Of a stretch of DNA of 64,000 nt, positions 12,661 through 23,479 are shown in pieces. The notes below the pieces were generated by a model. That model was not told where the DNA came from. It worked only from the letters and a program-made list of their open reading frames with translations, and made no database searches. The translations under genes were made by a program, and so were the position numbers. Position 1 is the stretch's first letter. Each line of letters begins with the position of its first letter. Source of the stretch: Heptranchias perlo (lineage: Eukaryota); NCBI RefSeq assembly GCF_035084215.1, contig NC_090368.1, forward strand, positions 3,410,001-3,474,000, given 5' to 3'.

Positions 12661-13289
12661 ACTAAACAGGGATGGACAATTTTTAGAGCCTGGAGTAAGC
12701 CGAGTTTAACTGGATGGCTGTTGTCTCTAATCGACAATTTTTTCATTTCGGAAATCATCCAGGAAACCAACTATTTACATGAGGGAATCTTGGTAAATAA
12801 AATTCACTCACAGCAAAAATTCACTAATAAATCTAATGGCCATGTTTTAGATAATTAATTTAGAAAACTGAATAATGTTTTTTTTTGCATGTTACGCCAG
12901 GAAACAGCATTAAGAGTGTGTTACTGGCTATAACCCATAAGATCCCGCCATCAAAGTATGTGAATACTCCATAATAATGTGCAAACAACACTAATTACAT
13001 CATTTAGATATTCCAATGACTGGTTAATTATTTCCAGTGAATTCGTTTGAAGATGGAATGTTGAATCTTTAGATTCTTAGCAGTAAATGGGGCCGCTCAC
13101 TTAACCATACGCACCCCCCTCTCCCCGTAGCTATATGGGATAAGGGAATGTGTCTGATGGTGTTTCTCTGTCACCCGTGGCCACTCATTGGAGCATTGGA
13201 GCCTTAGTGGAGGGGCAATCTTTCGGGATAAATTTGGTTCTGGGCTGCTTGTATCCAGTATCTCTAAAGGAGAATAATAAGGGATGCTA

Positions 13290-13750
13290 ACTCTGCTGCC
13301 CCCTGTATCCTAACTCGCACCAAGTCCCGTTCACCCATCACCCCCTGTGCTCGCTGACCTGCATCGGCTCCCGGTCTGGCAACACCTCGATTTTGAAATT
13401 CTCATCTGTGTTTTCAAATCCCTCCATGTCCTCGCCCCTCCCTATCTCTGTAACCTCCTACAACCCCTCCCAGATCTCTGCACTCCTCCAATTCTGGCCT
13501 CTTGTGCCTCCCTGATTTCAATCGCTCCACCATTGGTGGCCGTGCCTTCAGCCGCCTAGACCCTAAACTCTGGAATTCCCTCCCTAAACCTCCCCACCTT
13601 TAAAACGCTCCTTAAAACCTACCTCTTTGACCAAGATTTTAGTCACCTGTCATAATATCTCCTTATGTGGCTCAGTGTCAAATTTTGTTTGATAATCGCT
13701 GCTGTGGAGCGCCTTGGGACGTGAAAGGCGATATATAAACGCAAGTTGTT
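13290..13750 (+). mobile_element. L2-clade LINE 3' fragment
   Basis: HITPVLADLHRLPV..F.IL..VFKSLH.LAPPYL; tail gcgatatataaacgcaagttgttg. Confidence 0.75.
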
Positions 13751-14586
13751 GTTGTGTTACCTATATGATGATATTCACACAACAGACGCGTGTGAGTTGC
13801 ACAATTGTTGCAGTTTAACGTTAATCGACTGCAATCACCAGCCATATATTGACACTGAGATACAGTAACCTTCAGATGCCTCAGATTCTGTCACCCTCAT
13901 CTTCGACCTTGGAATTGACTTAGAAGCAGAAAGTCCAGTGTGTTAAAGATAACATGCCGTCCCAATACGAAGATATGTGCTCCGCAATCAAATTATCCTG
14001 CAAATTAGCTCATCCCACTTAAAACCACTTCTAGTATTGGCTTCCTTGCATTTTAGATTTTAGAGCTGTTCTATCTTCTGAGTCTATGTTTTAAATGTAT
14101 GCGTGCCCTGTGCACTTTCTGATGCACATTATAATCAAATATAAATATCTGTTTGCCTTTGATATCAGGGCTGGCGTGTGTTTGCAGGTGAAAAATCAGA
14201 AGCTGCAACATAGACCGGAAACGTGAATTTCTACAGCCAGCAGTGCGGTGTAGCGCCCTCTTGTGTTGAAAGTCATGTATTACAACCCGTTGGTTATTCT
14301 CTCAAAAAATATTGAGTTCTCTGCTGGCTTTCCTCTCGAAATGATAACGCACAATTTTTAAATTATGTTATAAAGGAAATGGAGTTGCTTTATTGAAACG
14401 GTAATCATGTCTAGGCGCAGATCGCCCTGACAGTTAGGGAATATTTCTCGTCCAGTAATTTGAAGTTACAGAGTTATTCTCAGAAGTGATGACACGTTGA
14501 GGAATGCTTCTTATCTAAAGCTTTAAAACTCTTCATATCCGGGGCAGGAGGACGTTCCCACTCTCTTTCCATTCCCGTCACGATGC

Positions 14587-14622
14587 TTAATCCGCACTGT
14601 ACGCCAGGCGAGCGTACAGAGT
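14587..14622 (-). CDS. Gene B exon 6, TLYARL motif + stop
   Basis: ctcacag|ACT CTG TAC GCT CGC CTG GCG TAC AGT GCG GAT TAA. Confidence 0.82.
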   Translation of the reverse strand, partial: TLYARLAYSAD

Positions 14623-17600
14623 CTGTGAGGGAAGAATATGAGAATAATTACTGCCATCTTCACCCCCTCTCTTCACTGTTATCTCTTACTGTGAGAAGTT
14701 AGAAGTTTGACTCAAAATGATAAGCTATCGGTGATCTCCCGCCTGAGTGTCCTTAGATTAATTTAAGAACAGGAAAAAGGACTTTAAAAAAGAAAAGTTA
14801 ACGTATATTATTTACATAGCAATGCAAGAATAAACTCAGAAAAATCTTCTCTCCTTATCTCTGTAACCCCCTCCAACCCTCCGAGATCTGTGCGCTCCTC
14901 CAATTCTGGCCTCTTGCGCATCCCCTACGCCCTTAGCCCCACCATTGGCGGCCGTGCCTTCAGCTGCCTGGGCCCTGAGCTCTGGAATTCCCTCCCTAAA
15001 CCTCTCCACCTCTCTCTCCTTCTTTAAGACGCTCCTTAAAACCTACCTCTTTGACCAAGCTTTTGGTCGCCTGTCCTTAAGGGGTGATCTGATCGAAGTT
15101 TATAAGATATTAAGGGGAACGGATAGGGTGGATAGAGAGAAACTATTTCCGCTGGTTGGGGATTCTAGGAGTAGGGGGCACAGTCTAAAAATTAGAGCCA
15201 GACCTTTCAGGAGTGAGATTAGAAAACATTTCTATACACAAAGGGTGGTAGAAGTTTGGAACTCTCTTCCGCAAACGGGAATTGACACTAGCTCAATTGC
15301 TAAATTTAAATCTGAGATAGATAGTTTTTTTGCCAACCAAAGGATATGGGCCAAAGGCAGGTATATGGAGTTAGATCACAGATCAGCCATGATCTTACCA
15401 AATGGCGGAGCAGGCTCGAGGGGCTGAATGGCCTACTCCTGCTCCTCTGTTCCTAATATCTCCTTATGCGGCTTGGTGTCAAATTTTTGTCTGAAACGCT
15501 CCTGTGAAGCGCCTTGAGACGGTTTACTACCTTAAAGGCGCTATATAAATGCAAGTTATCGTTGTAAGCAATTCATTACATGTGAACCGCTCTGGGTCAT
15601 ATCTGAGGGAGAATTATGTGTTGTGTAAGTGAGAATCTTTCTTTAAACTTACTACCAACCGACATATCCATTAATATCAAGGAAACATGTGATACAAGTA
15701 TAGAACCATACAGCACCGAAGGAGGCCATTCGGCCCGTCGTGCCTGTGCCTGCCCGTTGAAAGAGCGATCCAATTAGTCCCACTCTCCACGCTCTTTAAT
15801 GAAAACAAAAGCTCTCAATTTCTTCATACGTACCTCGCTTTCTTGTTTCTTTATTCTTGGTTTTGTGCCTTGGTCAGGTGTGTCTGGACTGCCTGATTTA
15901 AGGAGATGATTATAATTATAAATGTACAGACCTACACACCAAAGGGACATGTTCAACAAACGGTAAATCACTCCATCGACGGTTAAGTTCAAACAGTCGG
16001 GTACCTGGTTTGCGGTTCTTATCGCGTCTTCTCGCGGCGACAATGATCATCCCGAGCAGAAAAGGGGCCGCCACCAGACAGGCGTAAAGCCCGATGGGGC
16101 AGGCCATGCTCTGGAGAGACTCTGAATGACAAAGAAATAACTTTTATTAAATGAACAAAAAAAAAAAGAAGTTGACTTTCAGTAAAATTCTGAAATCTAT
16201 TGGCATTTTCTGATATTTCTGCGGTAATCAATGTGCACACAATGGTGTACTGTCCGCTATATAAATCTGGCCTCTTGTGCATCCCTCACCCCTTTCGCCC
16301 CACCATTGGCGGCCGTGCCTTCAGCTGCCAGAAAGGAATGAGGGTGTTAGGCGATCTTTTGTAAGCATTCGGTTGAATAAATATTTGGGGGGGAAAAAAC
16401 GTATGTAGAAAGGGCAGCTAATGGGATTAAGGCAGAGTTCTTTCAGAGAGAGGGCACAGGGGCGATGGGCCGAATGGGGAAAGGATAGGGGAATGGGACT
16501 GAGAATATTCCTTTCAGAGAGAGGGCACAGAGGCGATGGGCCGAATGGGGAAAGGATAGGGGAATGGGACTGAGAATATTCCTTTCAGAGAGAGGGCACA
16601 GAGGCGATGGGCCGAATGGGGAAAGGATAGGGGAATGGGACTGAGAGAATATTCCTTTCAGAGAGAGGGCACAGAGGCGATGGGCCGAATGGGGAAAGGA
16701 TAGGGGAATGGGACTGAGAATATTCCTTTCAGAGAGAGGGCACAGAGGCGATGGGCCGAATGGGGAAAGGATAGGGGAATGGGACTGAGAATATTCCTTT
16801 CAGTGCGAGGATAGAGGGGCGATGGGCCGAATGGGGAAAGGGCAGGGGAATGGGATTAAGGCGTTATTTTTTTCAGAGCGAGGACACAGGGGCGATGGGC
16901 CGAATGGCTCCCTTCTGTACAGGAAAATTCTGTATCTAGATCGGGGGAGGTCATGGGACAGGTAACTAATGAAGCAGTTTAAGGTATAAAGTAACAGATA
17001 CAGCAATTTAACACTATCGTTAACTATATTAAACTTCCAATATCTCCACTCACCTCTCTGATATGAAACACTTTCACTGGTGAGGATTCCAGCGGTGTTA
17101 GTTTGAACACTGCAAGTACAGACAGCGCCGCCGCTCCAAGTTTCCGCCGAGAGGCTAATGTAACTCCTGACACTGTAGCTCCCGTCCGGGTCTATTATCC
17201 CGGAATCGGTCCGCCCCTCGGTCACCCGTCCGGAAACATTCCAGCGGATGGGAGAGGAATCGGGAGATACGCCTCTCGCCAGGCACATCAACGCGACCCT
17301 TTCCAGCGAGCGAATTTCATCCGGCGGCGGAGTTAGGAGAAATATGGCCGGGGGATCTAATAAATTCGATAAATGAGCCGGAACAATTCAAAACGGATGT
17401 GTAAATGAACATTTGAATGAAATAATTGTGAATTTTACCTGCAATCACCAACATGGTGCCATTTCCGAAGATAAAGTTGGTATTTTCCTGGTTGTGAATT
17501 GCACAGTGATAAATTCCTGAATCGTTTCTCTGGACGTTTTCAATAACCAGAGAATAATTACTCGACGCATCACTTATCTCGCCGGAAAACCTTCCCTCTG

Positions 17601-19511
17601 CATGTATGTATTTACCCGCGCTGTAAACGAGCTGCATCGCCTCCCGGAGCCTCTGCTTGTACCAGAGCACAAAAGTGGGCGCAGCCTTCTCGATATGGCA
17701 AGTCATTTTAACAAGGCTCCCGACCTGAACCGTTCGAATCGGCGGAGATTGGGACAAGACCGGCTGAGACACAATAACTGAGGAGGAGGAGGAGGGGAAA
17801 AAAATCAGATTCACGATAGGCTATGACCCCCGAAATCCAGCTGATACCGAAAAATCTCAAAGGGCGGAATTTTTGGCGTAATAGGAGCGCAGCCAAAGGA
17901 AATTCGGGCGCCCTGCCCACAGATTGCGTGCCCGCGGCGTTGATAGCCACCTGTACTTTCTAAAGGCACAGTCCGAGTCCATTCACCGCGGAATCTGATA
18001 TAATCACTTGGGAGGAACATGGGAATTGTCTGATGTTTAAAGATTTAAAAGTCTTCTCCAAAACTTTTTTTTCAGCTATGATTTTGCTCAACTTTTTCCC
18101 CAGCTCGTTCATTTTTTTCTCAAGTCTGGGGCTATAATATTCCCTAATGTTCTACTTGAAACCCTCCCCACCCCAATGGCCGGCCCTTACCTTCAAACAA
18201 AGCCTTTTTATCTCGATAAAAGTTTCCAATTAATTCCATTCATTGGATATAATTGCACCGTTTCAATGTCGTGCGATTGTTATTGAATGGAGCGCATTAT
18301 TTCCCACTTTGCGGAATATCTGCGTTGTTTTTTGTCTTATTAAAGTTGCATGCTAAATTACAGATCATAGAATCGTACCGCGCAGAAGGAGGCCATTCGG
18401 CCCATCGTGCCTGTGCCGGCTCTTTGAAAGAGCTATCCGATTAGTCCCACTCCCGCCTGCTCTTTCCCCACAGCCCTGCATTTTTTGTTTGTTTTTCAAA
18501 TATTTATCCAGTTCCCCTTTTGAAGGTTATTATTGGATCTGCTTCCAACGCCCTTTCAGGCAGCGAATTCCAGATCATAATAACTCGCTGTGTAAAAAAA
18601 CATTCTCTCCATCTCCCCTTCTGCTTCTTTTACCAGTTACCTAAACCTGTGACTTCTGTTTACTGACTCTCCCGCCAGTGGAAACACTTTCTCCTTATTT
18701 ACTATTAAACCCTCCTTATTTACTGAATTAAAACCCTCCTTATTTACTGTATTAAAACCCTCCTTATTTACTGTATTAAAACCTTCTTATTTACTATTAA
18801 AACCTTATTTACTGTATTAAAACCTTCTTATTTACTATTAAAACCTTATTTACTCTACTAAAACCGTCTTATTTACTATTAAAACCTTATTTACTATTAA
18901 AACCCTCCTTATTTACTATTAAAATCTTATTTACACTATTAAAACCTTATTTACTATTAAAATCTTATTTACTATTAAAACCTTCTTATTTACTATTAAA
19001 ACCTTATTTACTCTATTTAAACCTTCTTATTTACTATTAAAACCTTATTTACTCTACTAAAACCTTCTTATTTACTATTAAAACCTTATTTACTATTTAA
19101 ACCTTCTTATTTACTATTAAAACCTTATTTACTCTACTAAAACCTTCTTATTTACTATTAAAACCTTATTTACTATTAAAACCCTCCTTATTTACTATTA
19201 AAACCTTATTTACTATTAAAACCTTATTTACACTATTAAAACCTTCTTATTTACTATTAAAATCTTATTTACTATTAAAACCTTATTTACTCTACTAAAA
19301 CCTTCTTATTTACTCTGTTATAACCTTATTTACTATTAAAACCATCTTATTTACTATTAAAACCTTCTTATTTACTATTAAAACCTTATTTACTATTAAA
19401 ACCCTTCTCCTTATTAATTCTATCAAAATCCTTCTCCACTCTATCAAAACAAAGTGAAGATGTCTCACCCTGGAAGAGATGGCCCAGCGCGCAGACGGCG
19501 ATCAGGCACAT
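14587..19511 (-). CDS. VJ-C1 antigen-receptor-like IgSF membrane receptor, gene B (298 aa)
   Basis: Exons: 19511-19469 (MCLIAVCALGHLFQ); 17777-17439 (V+J, ..DSGIYHCAIHNQENTNFIFGNGTMLVIA); 17356-17054 (C1); 16121-16005 (ESLQSMACPIGLYACLVAAPFLLGMIIVAARRRDKNRKP); 15892-15834 (GSPDTPDQGTKPRIKKQESE); 14622-14587 (TLYARLAYSAD*). Sizes of exons 1-5 (43/339/303/117/59) are identical to gene A. Confidence 0.88.
14850..15560 (+). mobile_element. L2 fragment with nested CR1 fragment (~15078-15455)
   Basis: L2 sequence ...cctgtcct resumes as taatatctccttatg after the CR1 3' end. Confidence 0.75.
15834..15892 (-). CDS. Gene B exon 5, cytoplasmic
   Basis: aatcag|...GAG|gtacgt, 59 nt. Confidence 0.8.
16005..16121 (-). 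CDS. Gene B exon 4, stalk cysteine + transmembrane
   Basis: cattcag|...CCA G|gtaccc, 117 nt. Confidence 0.85.
16430..16860. repeat. ~59-bp tandem repeat, probably derived from a LINE/SINE 3' tail, in a gene B intron
   Basis: (tttcagagagagggcacagaggcgatgggccgaatggggaaaggataggggaatgggactgagaatattcc)n. Confidence 0.9.
17054..17356 (-). CDS. Gene B exon 3, C1-set Ig domain
   Basis: 303 nt; 6 nt differences from the gene A C1 exon. Confidence 0.92.
17439..17777 (-). CDS. Gene B exon 2, germline-joined V-J Ig domain
   Basis: 339 nt; C..WYKQ..GRFSG..DSGIYHC..FGNGTMLVI. Confidence 0.93.
18690..19410. repeat. AT-rich 18-23-bp minisatellite in gene B intron 1
   Basis: (ttatttactattaaaacc[ttc])n. 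Confidence 0.93.
19469..19511 (-). CDS. Gene B exon 1, signal peptide
   Basis: ATG TGC CTG...CAG G|gtgaga, 43 nt. Confidence 0.8.
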
Positions 19512-19594
19512 TGTACATGCCCCAGACGGTGACACTCTGAGCCACGGATCGACTGCTGCACTCAGAAATCACTCTGGTTAGGTCAGTGCGATGG

Positions 19595-19715
19595 AGGTGT
19601 GAAATGCAGAGCGAATTGCGGAAATCGTGCGCTGTGTTTATTAATAAACGTGCGGTCGGACTGCAAAATAATGTCCGAGGTACTAGGTTGGCTGTGGGTT
19701 TCCTGTTTTTTTACA
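19595..19715 (-). promoter_or_regulatory. Gene B proximal promoter with ETS/RUNX-like module (19693-19705)
   Basis: Same conserved blocks as the gene A promoter, ~100-200 nt upstream of the ATG. Confidence 0.6.
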
Positions 19716-19819
19716 GGCCAAGCGCTCTCCCACATACCCCACAGCACCTGGGGTCTTTTTTTTGCACAAGGCACCGCGTTTCTGTTCGTTAGTTACACCT
19801 CACTTGGAATAGCACAGGA

Positions 19820-21665
19820 TCTCACTGCACAGAAGGAGGCCATTCGGCCCGTCGTGGCTGTGCCGGCCCTTTGAAGGACCTGCCCAATTTAGTCCCACTC
19901 TCCCAGCTATTTCCCCATAACCCTGCAAATGAGTCCTCTTCAACATAGGTTCAATTGCCTTTTGAAAGTTACTGTAGAATCTGATTCCACCGCCCTCTCA
20001 GGGAGCACGTTCCAGATCTGTGCGCAAACAATTCTCCTCATTTCCCTTCTGGTTGTTTTGCCAATTATTTTACATCTATGACCTCTGGTTGCTGACCCAC
20101 TTGCCAGAGGGAACAGTCTCTCCCGATTTGCTCTGTCAAAACTCCTCATTACTTTGACCACCTCTATTAAATCTCCCCTTAACCTTCTCTGCTCTAAGGA
20201 GAACAATCCCAGCTTCTCCAGTCTCTCCACGTAACTGAAGTCCCTCATCCCTGGTATCACCCCTAAGGGGACATAACCTGAAAATTAGAGCCAGGGCTTT
20301 CAGGAGTGAAGTTAGGAGACACTTCTACATGCAAAGGTAGAATTTTGGAACTCTCTTCTGCAAACAGCAATTGAAGCTAGCTCAATTAATTTTAGATCTG
20401 GATTGATAAATTCTTGTTAACTAGAGGTATTAAGGGATATGGAGCTAAGGCGGGTATATGGAGTTAGGTCACAGATCAGCCATGATCTCATTGAATGACG
20501 AAACAGGATCGAGGGGCTGAATGGCCTCCTCCTGTTCCTATGTTCCTAAATCTCCCCTGCACCCTCTCCAAGGAGGCGTGCTGCCCAGAATAATACGCAA
20601 TGCTCCAGCTGAGGCCTAACCAGTGATTTGTAATGGTTTGTGCATTCAATGCTCCTATTTAGAAAGCCAAGTATCCCATAGGCTTTCTTAACTGCCTTAT
20701 CAACTTGCCCTGCCACCTTCAAAGATTTGTGACTATGCACCCCCAGGTCCCTCTGCTCTTGCACCCCTCCTCCATGTTGCTCTTCCCACGTCACACCTAT
20801 CTGCATTAAATTGCATCTGCCATGTGTTTGCCCATCTTACCAGTCTGTCTCTGTCCTCCTGAAGTCTGCTACTGTTCGCCTCACTATTTACTATGTTGCC
20901 AAGTTTTGTATCATCCGCAAGCTTCGAAATTATACACCCAAGTCTAGGTCATTTATATATGACAAGAAAAGTAATGGTCCTAATACAGATCCCTAGGGGA
21001 CCCCACTGCATATCTCTCTCCAGTCAGAAAAACATCTATTCACCACTACCCTCTGCATCCTGACCCTTAGCCACTGTCCCTTTAATCCCATCTGCTATTA
21101 TTTGCGGTATATTGTGCACAGTTCTGGTCTCTATTTTATGAAAACGGATATGGGGCTCTGGAAAAGGTGCAAAAAAGATTCTCAGCGATGATCCCAGAAC
21201 TGAAAGGTTATACTTATCGGGAAGGACTGAACAGGCTGGGGCTCATTTCTCTGGAAAAGAGAAGACTGAGGGGTGACCTGATAGAGGTCTTTAAGATTAT
21301 GAAAGGGTTTGATAGGGTAGACGTAGAGAAGATGTTTCCAGTTGTGGGGGGAGACCAGAACTAGGGGCCATAAATATAAGAGAGTCACTAATAAATCCAA
21401 TAGGGAATTCAAGAGAAACTTCTTTACCCAGAGAGTGGTGAGAATGTGGAACTCACTCCCACATGGAGTGGTTGAGGCGAATAACATCGATGCATTTAAG
21501 GGGAAGCTGGATAAACACATGAAGGAGAAAGGAATAGAAGGATATGTTGATAGGGTGAGATGAAGTAGGGAGAGAGGAGGCTCGTGTGGAGCATTAACAC
21601 CAGCATAGACCTGTTGGGCCGAATGGCCTGTTTCTGTGCTGTAAATTCGATGTAATTCTATGTAA
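19820..21665. mobile_element. Cluster of CR1-clade fragments (minus 19820-21060 with nested plus 20265-20546; plus 21105-21665)
   Basis: ORF-track peptides [10 protein letters not shown].., RNFFTQRVVRMWNSLP. Confidence 0.8.
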
Positions 21666-22264
21666 TTTTAACACTATTGCCCCCCAGTGTCGAGATCCAA
21701 ACCTCTTGAGCTCAGGTGAGATGCAAGGGCCTCTCCGCTCCTACTGGACCAGTGAGGTATGTCCACTACTCCGACCTATCATCAGTCGGAGGCTGTCGAT
21801 CGGACGCTGGTCGCTGCTCGATCCTGAGCAGTTTGTGTTCCTTTGCAGCACATCCACATGGGGCCAAATCGATAGAGGAGACTTTCGGCCATGTTCCACC
21901 GGAGAATTGGCACCCACTCAACTTTGACTTTGCCCCTGGCTACAAAATGTATCCGGCAGCAGGGAATGAACAAGGTGACAGACCCGGGACAAGATGCTAA
22001 ACTTCTTGTCACTCAGCAGCATGTGAAGGTCCACAGAGCTGATCAGCTGCCACCGCTGCAGCCCCAGTGGCTCATGTGATCACAGAATCACAGAGCACAA
22101 AAAAAAAGGCCTTTCAGCCCATCGTGGCTGTGCTGGCTCTTTGAAAGAGCTATCCAGTTAGCCCCACTCCCCGGAGCCCTGCAAATTTTTCCTTTTCAAG
22201 TATTTATCCAATTCCCTTTTGAGAGTTACTATTGAATCTGCTTCCTCCACCCTTCCAGATCATA

Positions 22265-22730
22265 GCAGTCCTGCAGAGTGGGGACGCTGTATCTTTAAAT
22301 GGCAGGAGCAGCCTTGCAGAGTGCGGGCGCTGTCTCTTTAAATGGCGGGAGCAGCCTTGCAGAGTGCGGGCGCTGTCTCTTTAAATGGCGGGAGCAGCCT
22401 TGCAGAGTGCGGGCGCTGTCTCTTTAAATGGCGGGAGCAGCCTTGCAGAGTGCGGGCGCTGTCTCTTTAAATGGCGGGAGCAGCCTTGCAGCGTGCGGGC
22501 GCTGTCTCTTTAAATGGCGGGAGCAGCCTTGCAGCGTGCGGGCGCTGTCTCTTTAAATGGCGGGAGCAGCCTTTCAGAGTGCGGGTACTGTCTCTTTAAA
22601 TGGCAGGGGCAGTTACACAGAGTTGGGACACTGTCTCTTTAAATGGAAGGGACGGTCCTGCAGTGTGCGGATGCTGTCTCTTTAAATGGCAGGGACAGTC
22701 CTTCAGAGCGGGGACGCTGCCTCTTTAAAT
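22265..22730. repeat. 41-bp tandem repeat upstream of PAQR6
   Basis: (gcagagtgcgggcgctgtctctttaaatggcgggagcagcctt)n, ~11 copies with degenerate ends. Confidence 0.93.
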
Positions 22731-22994
22731 GTGTAAGGAATCTTAGAACACCAGGTTATAGTGTTGGACTATTACCTGGTGTTGTAAGATTCCTTACATT
22801 TGTCCACCCCAGTCCATCACCGGCATCTCCACATCATCTTTAAATGTGGGGGTCAGACCGCAGAGAGGCACACGCTGTCCCTTTAAACGTTAAGGGGCGG
22901 TCCTGCAGAGTGGGGACGGGGAGGGACACTGTCCCTTTAAATGGCAACTCCCTTCATCAGCTGATCCTCGGAAAACAAGGGGCCCTTTCTTTAT

Positions 22995-23208
22995 CCTTCC
23001 GCCAATCAGCCCGCTCCAAGAAGGCGGAGATTGACTCCAGCTATAAACCCAGAGAAAGAAAGGCGCAGGAGAGGAGAGGAGAGGCAGCAAGCAAGAGGTT
23101 GGTGACTGAACTCTGTACACAAGAGTCTCCAGGCATCATGACCAGCCGAAAAACTCAGGGGCAAAGAAGTCCGGAATAGGGAGAGGTACCTCACTGCACA
23201 AGAGGCTG
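22995..23208 (+). promoter_or_regulatory. Candidate PAQR6 promoter and non-coding exon 1
   Basis: CCAAT (~23002), TATAAA (23042) and donor CTG|gtaagc after 23208; could splice to the acceptor cctgcag| before 25818. Confidence 0.5.
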
Positions 23209-23479
23209 GTAAGCTTCCCGTTCAATCTCTCCTAAGCTGTCTGCTTAAAGTCATTTTAATCACCAGTCTCAAGCCCGAGCAGCACAGTGGAACTGGAAAA
23301 GATGAACAGTAGACAAGCTGCAACTTCCTTTTTGCAATTTTTTTTTTTGCAGAACAAATTGTGCAAAGTTCCCGTCCGATGTGCTGGGTTTTTGGAGCGA
23401 AAGACTTCAGGAATGTTTCTTTTTTTTTGAAAGCTTAGCGATAGAAATCTTACTGCAATTTCTTGAAATATTGAAACTT

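Noticed and set aside
5758-19511. Germline-joined Ig light chain or conventional TCR locus
   Set aside because: The genes have TM and tyrosine-motif exons (unlike IgL) and lack charged TM residues, RSS and separate J segments (unlike TCR). A phylogeny is still needed to exclude derivation from either.
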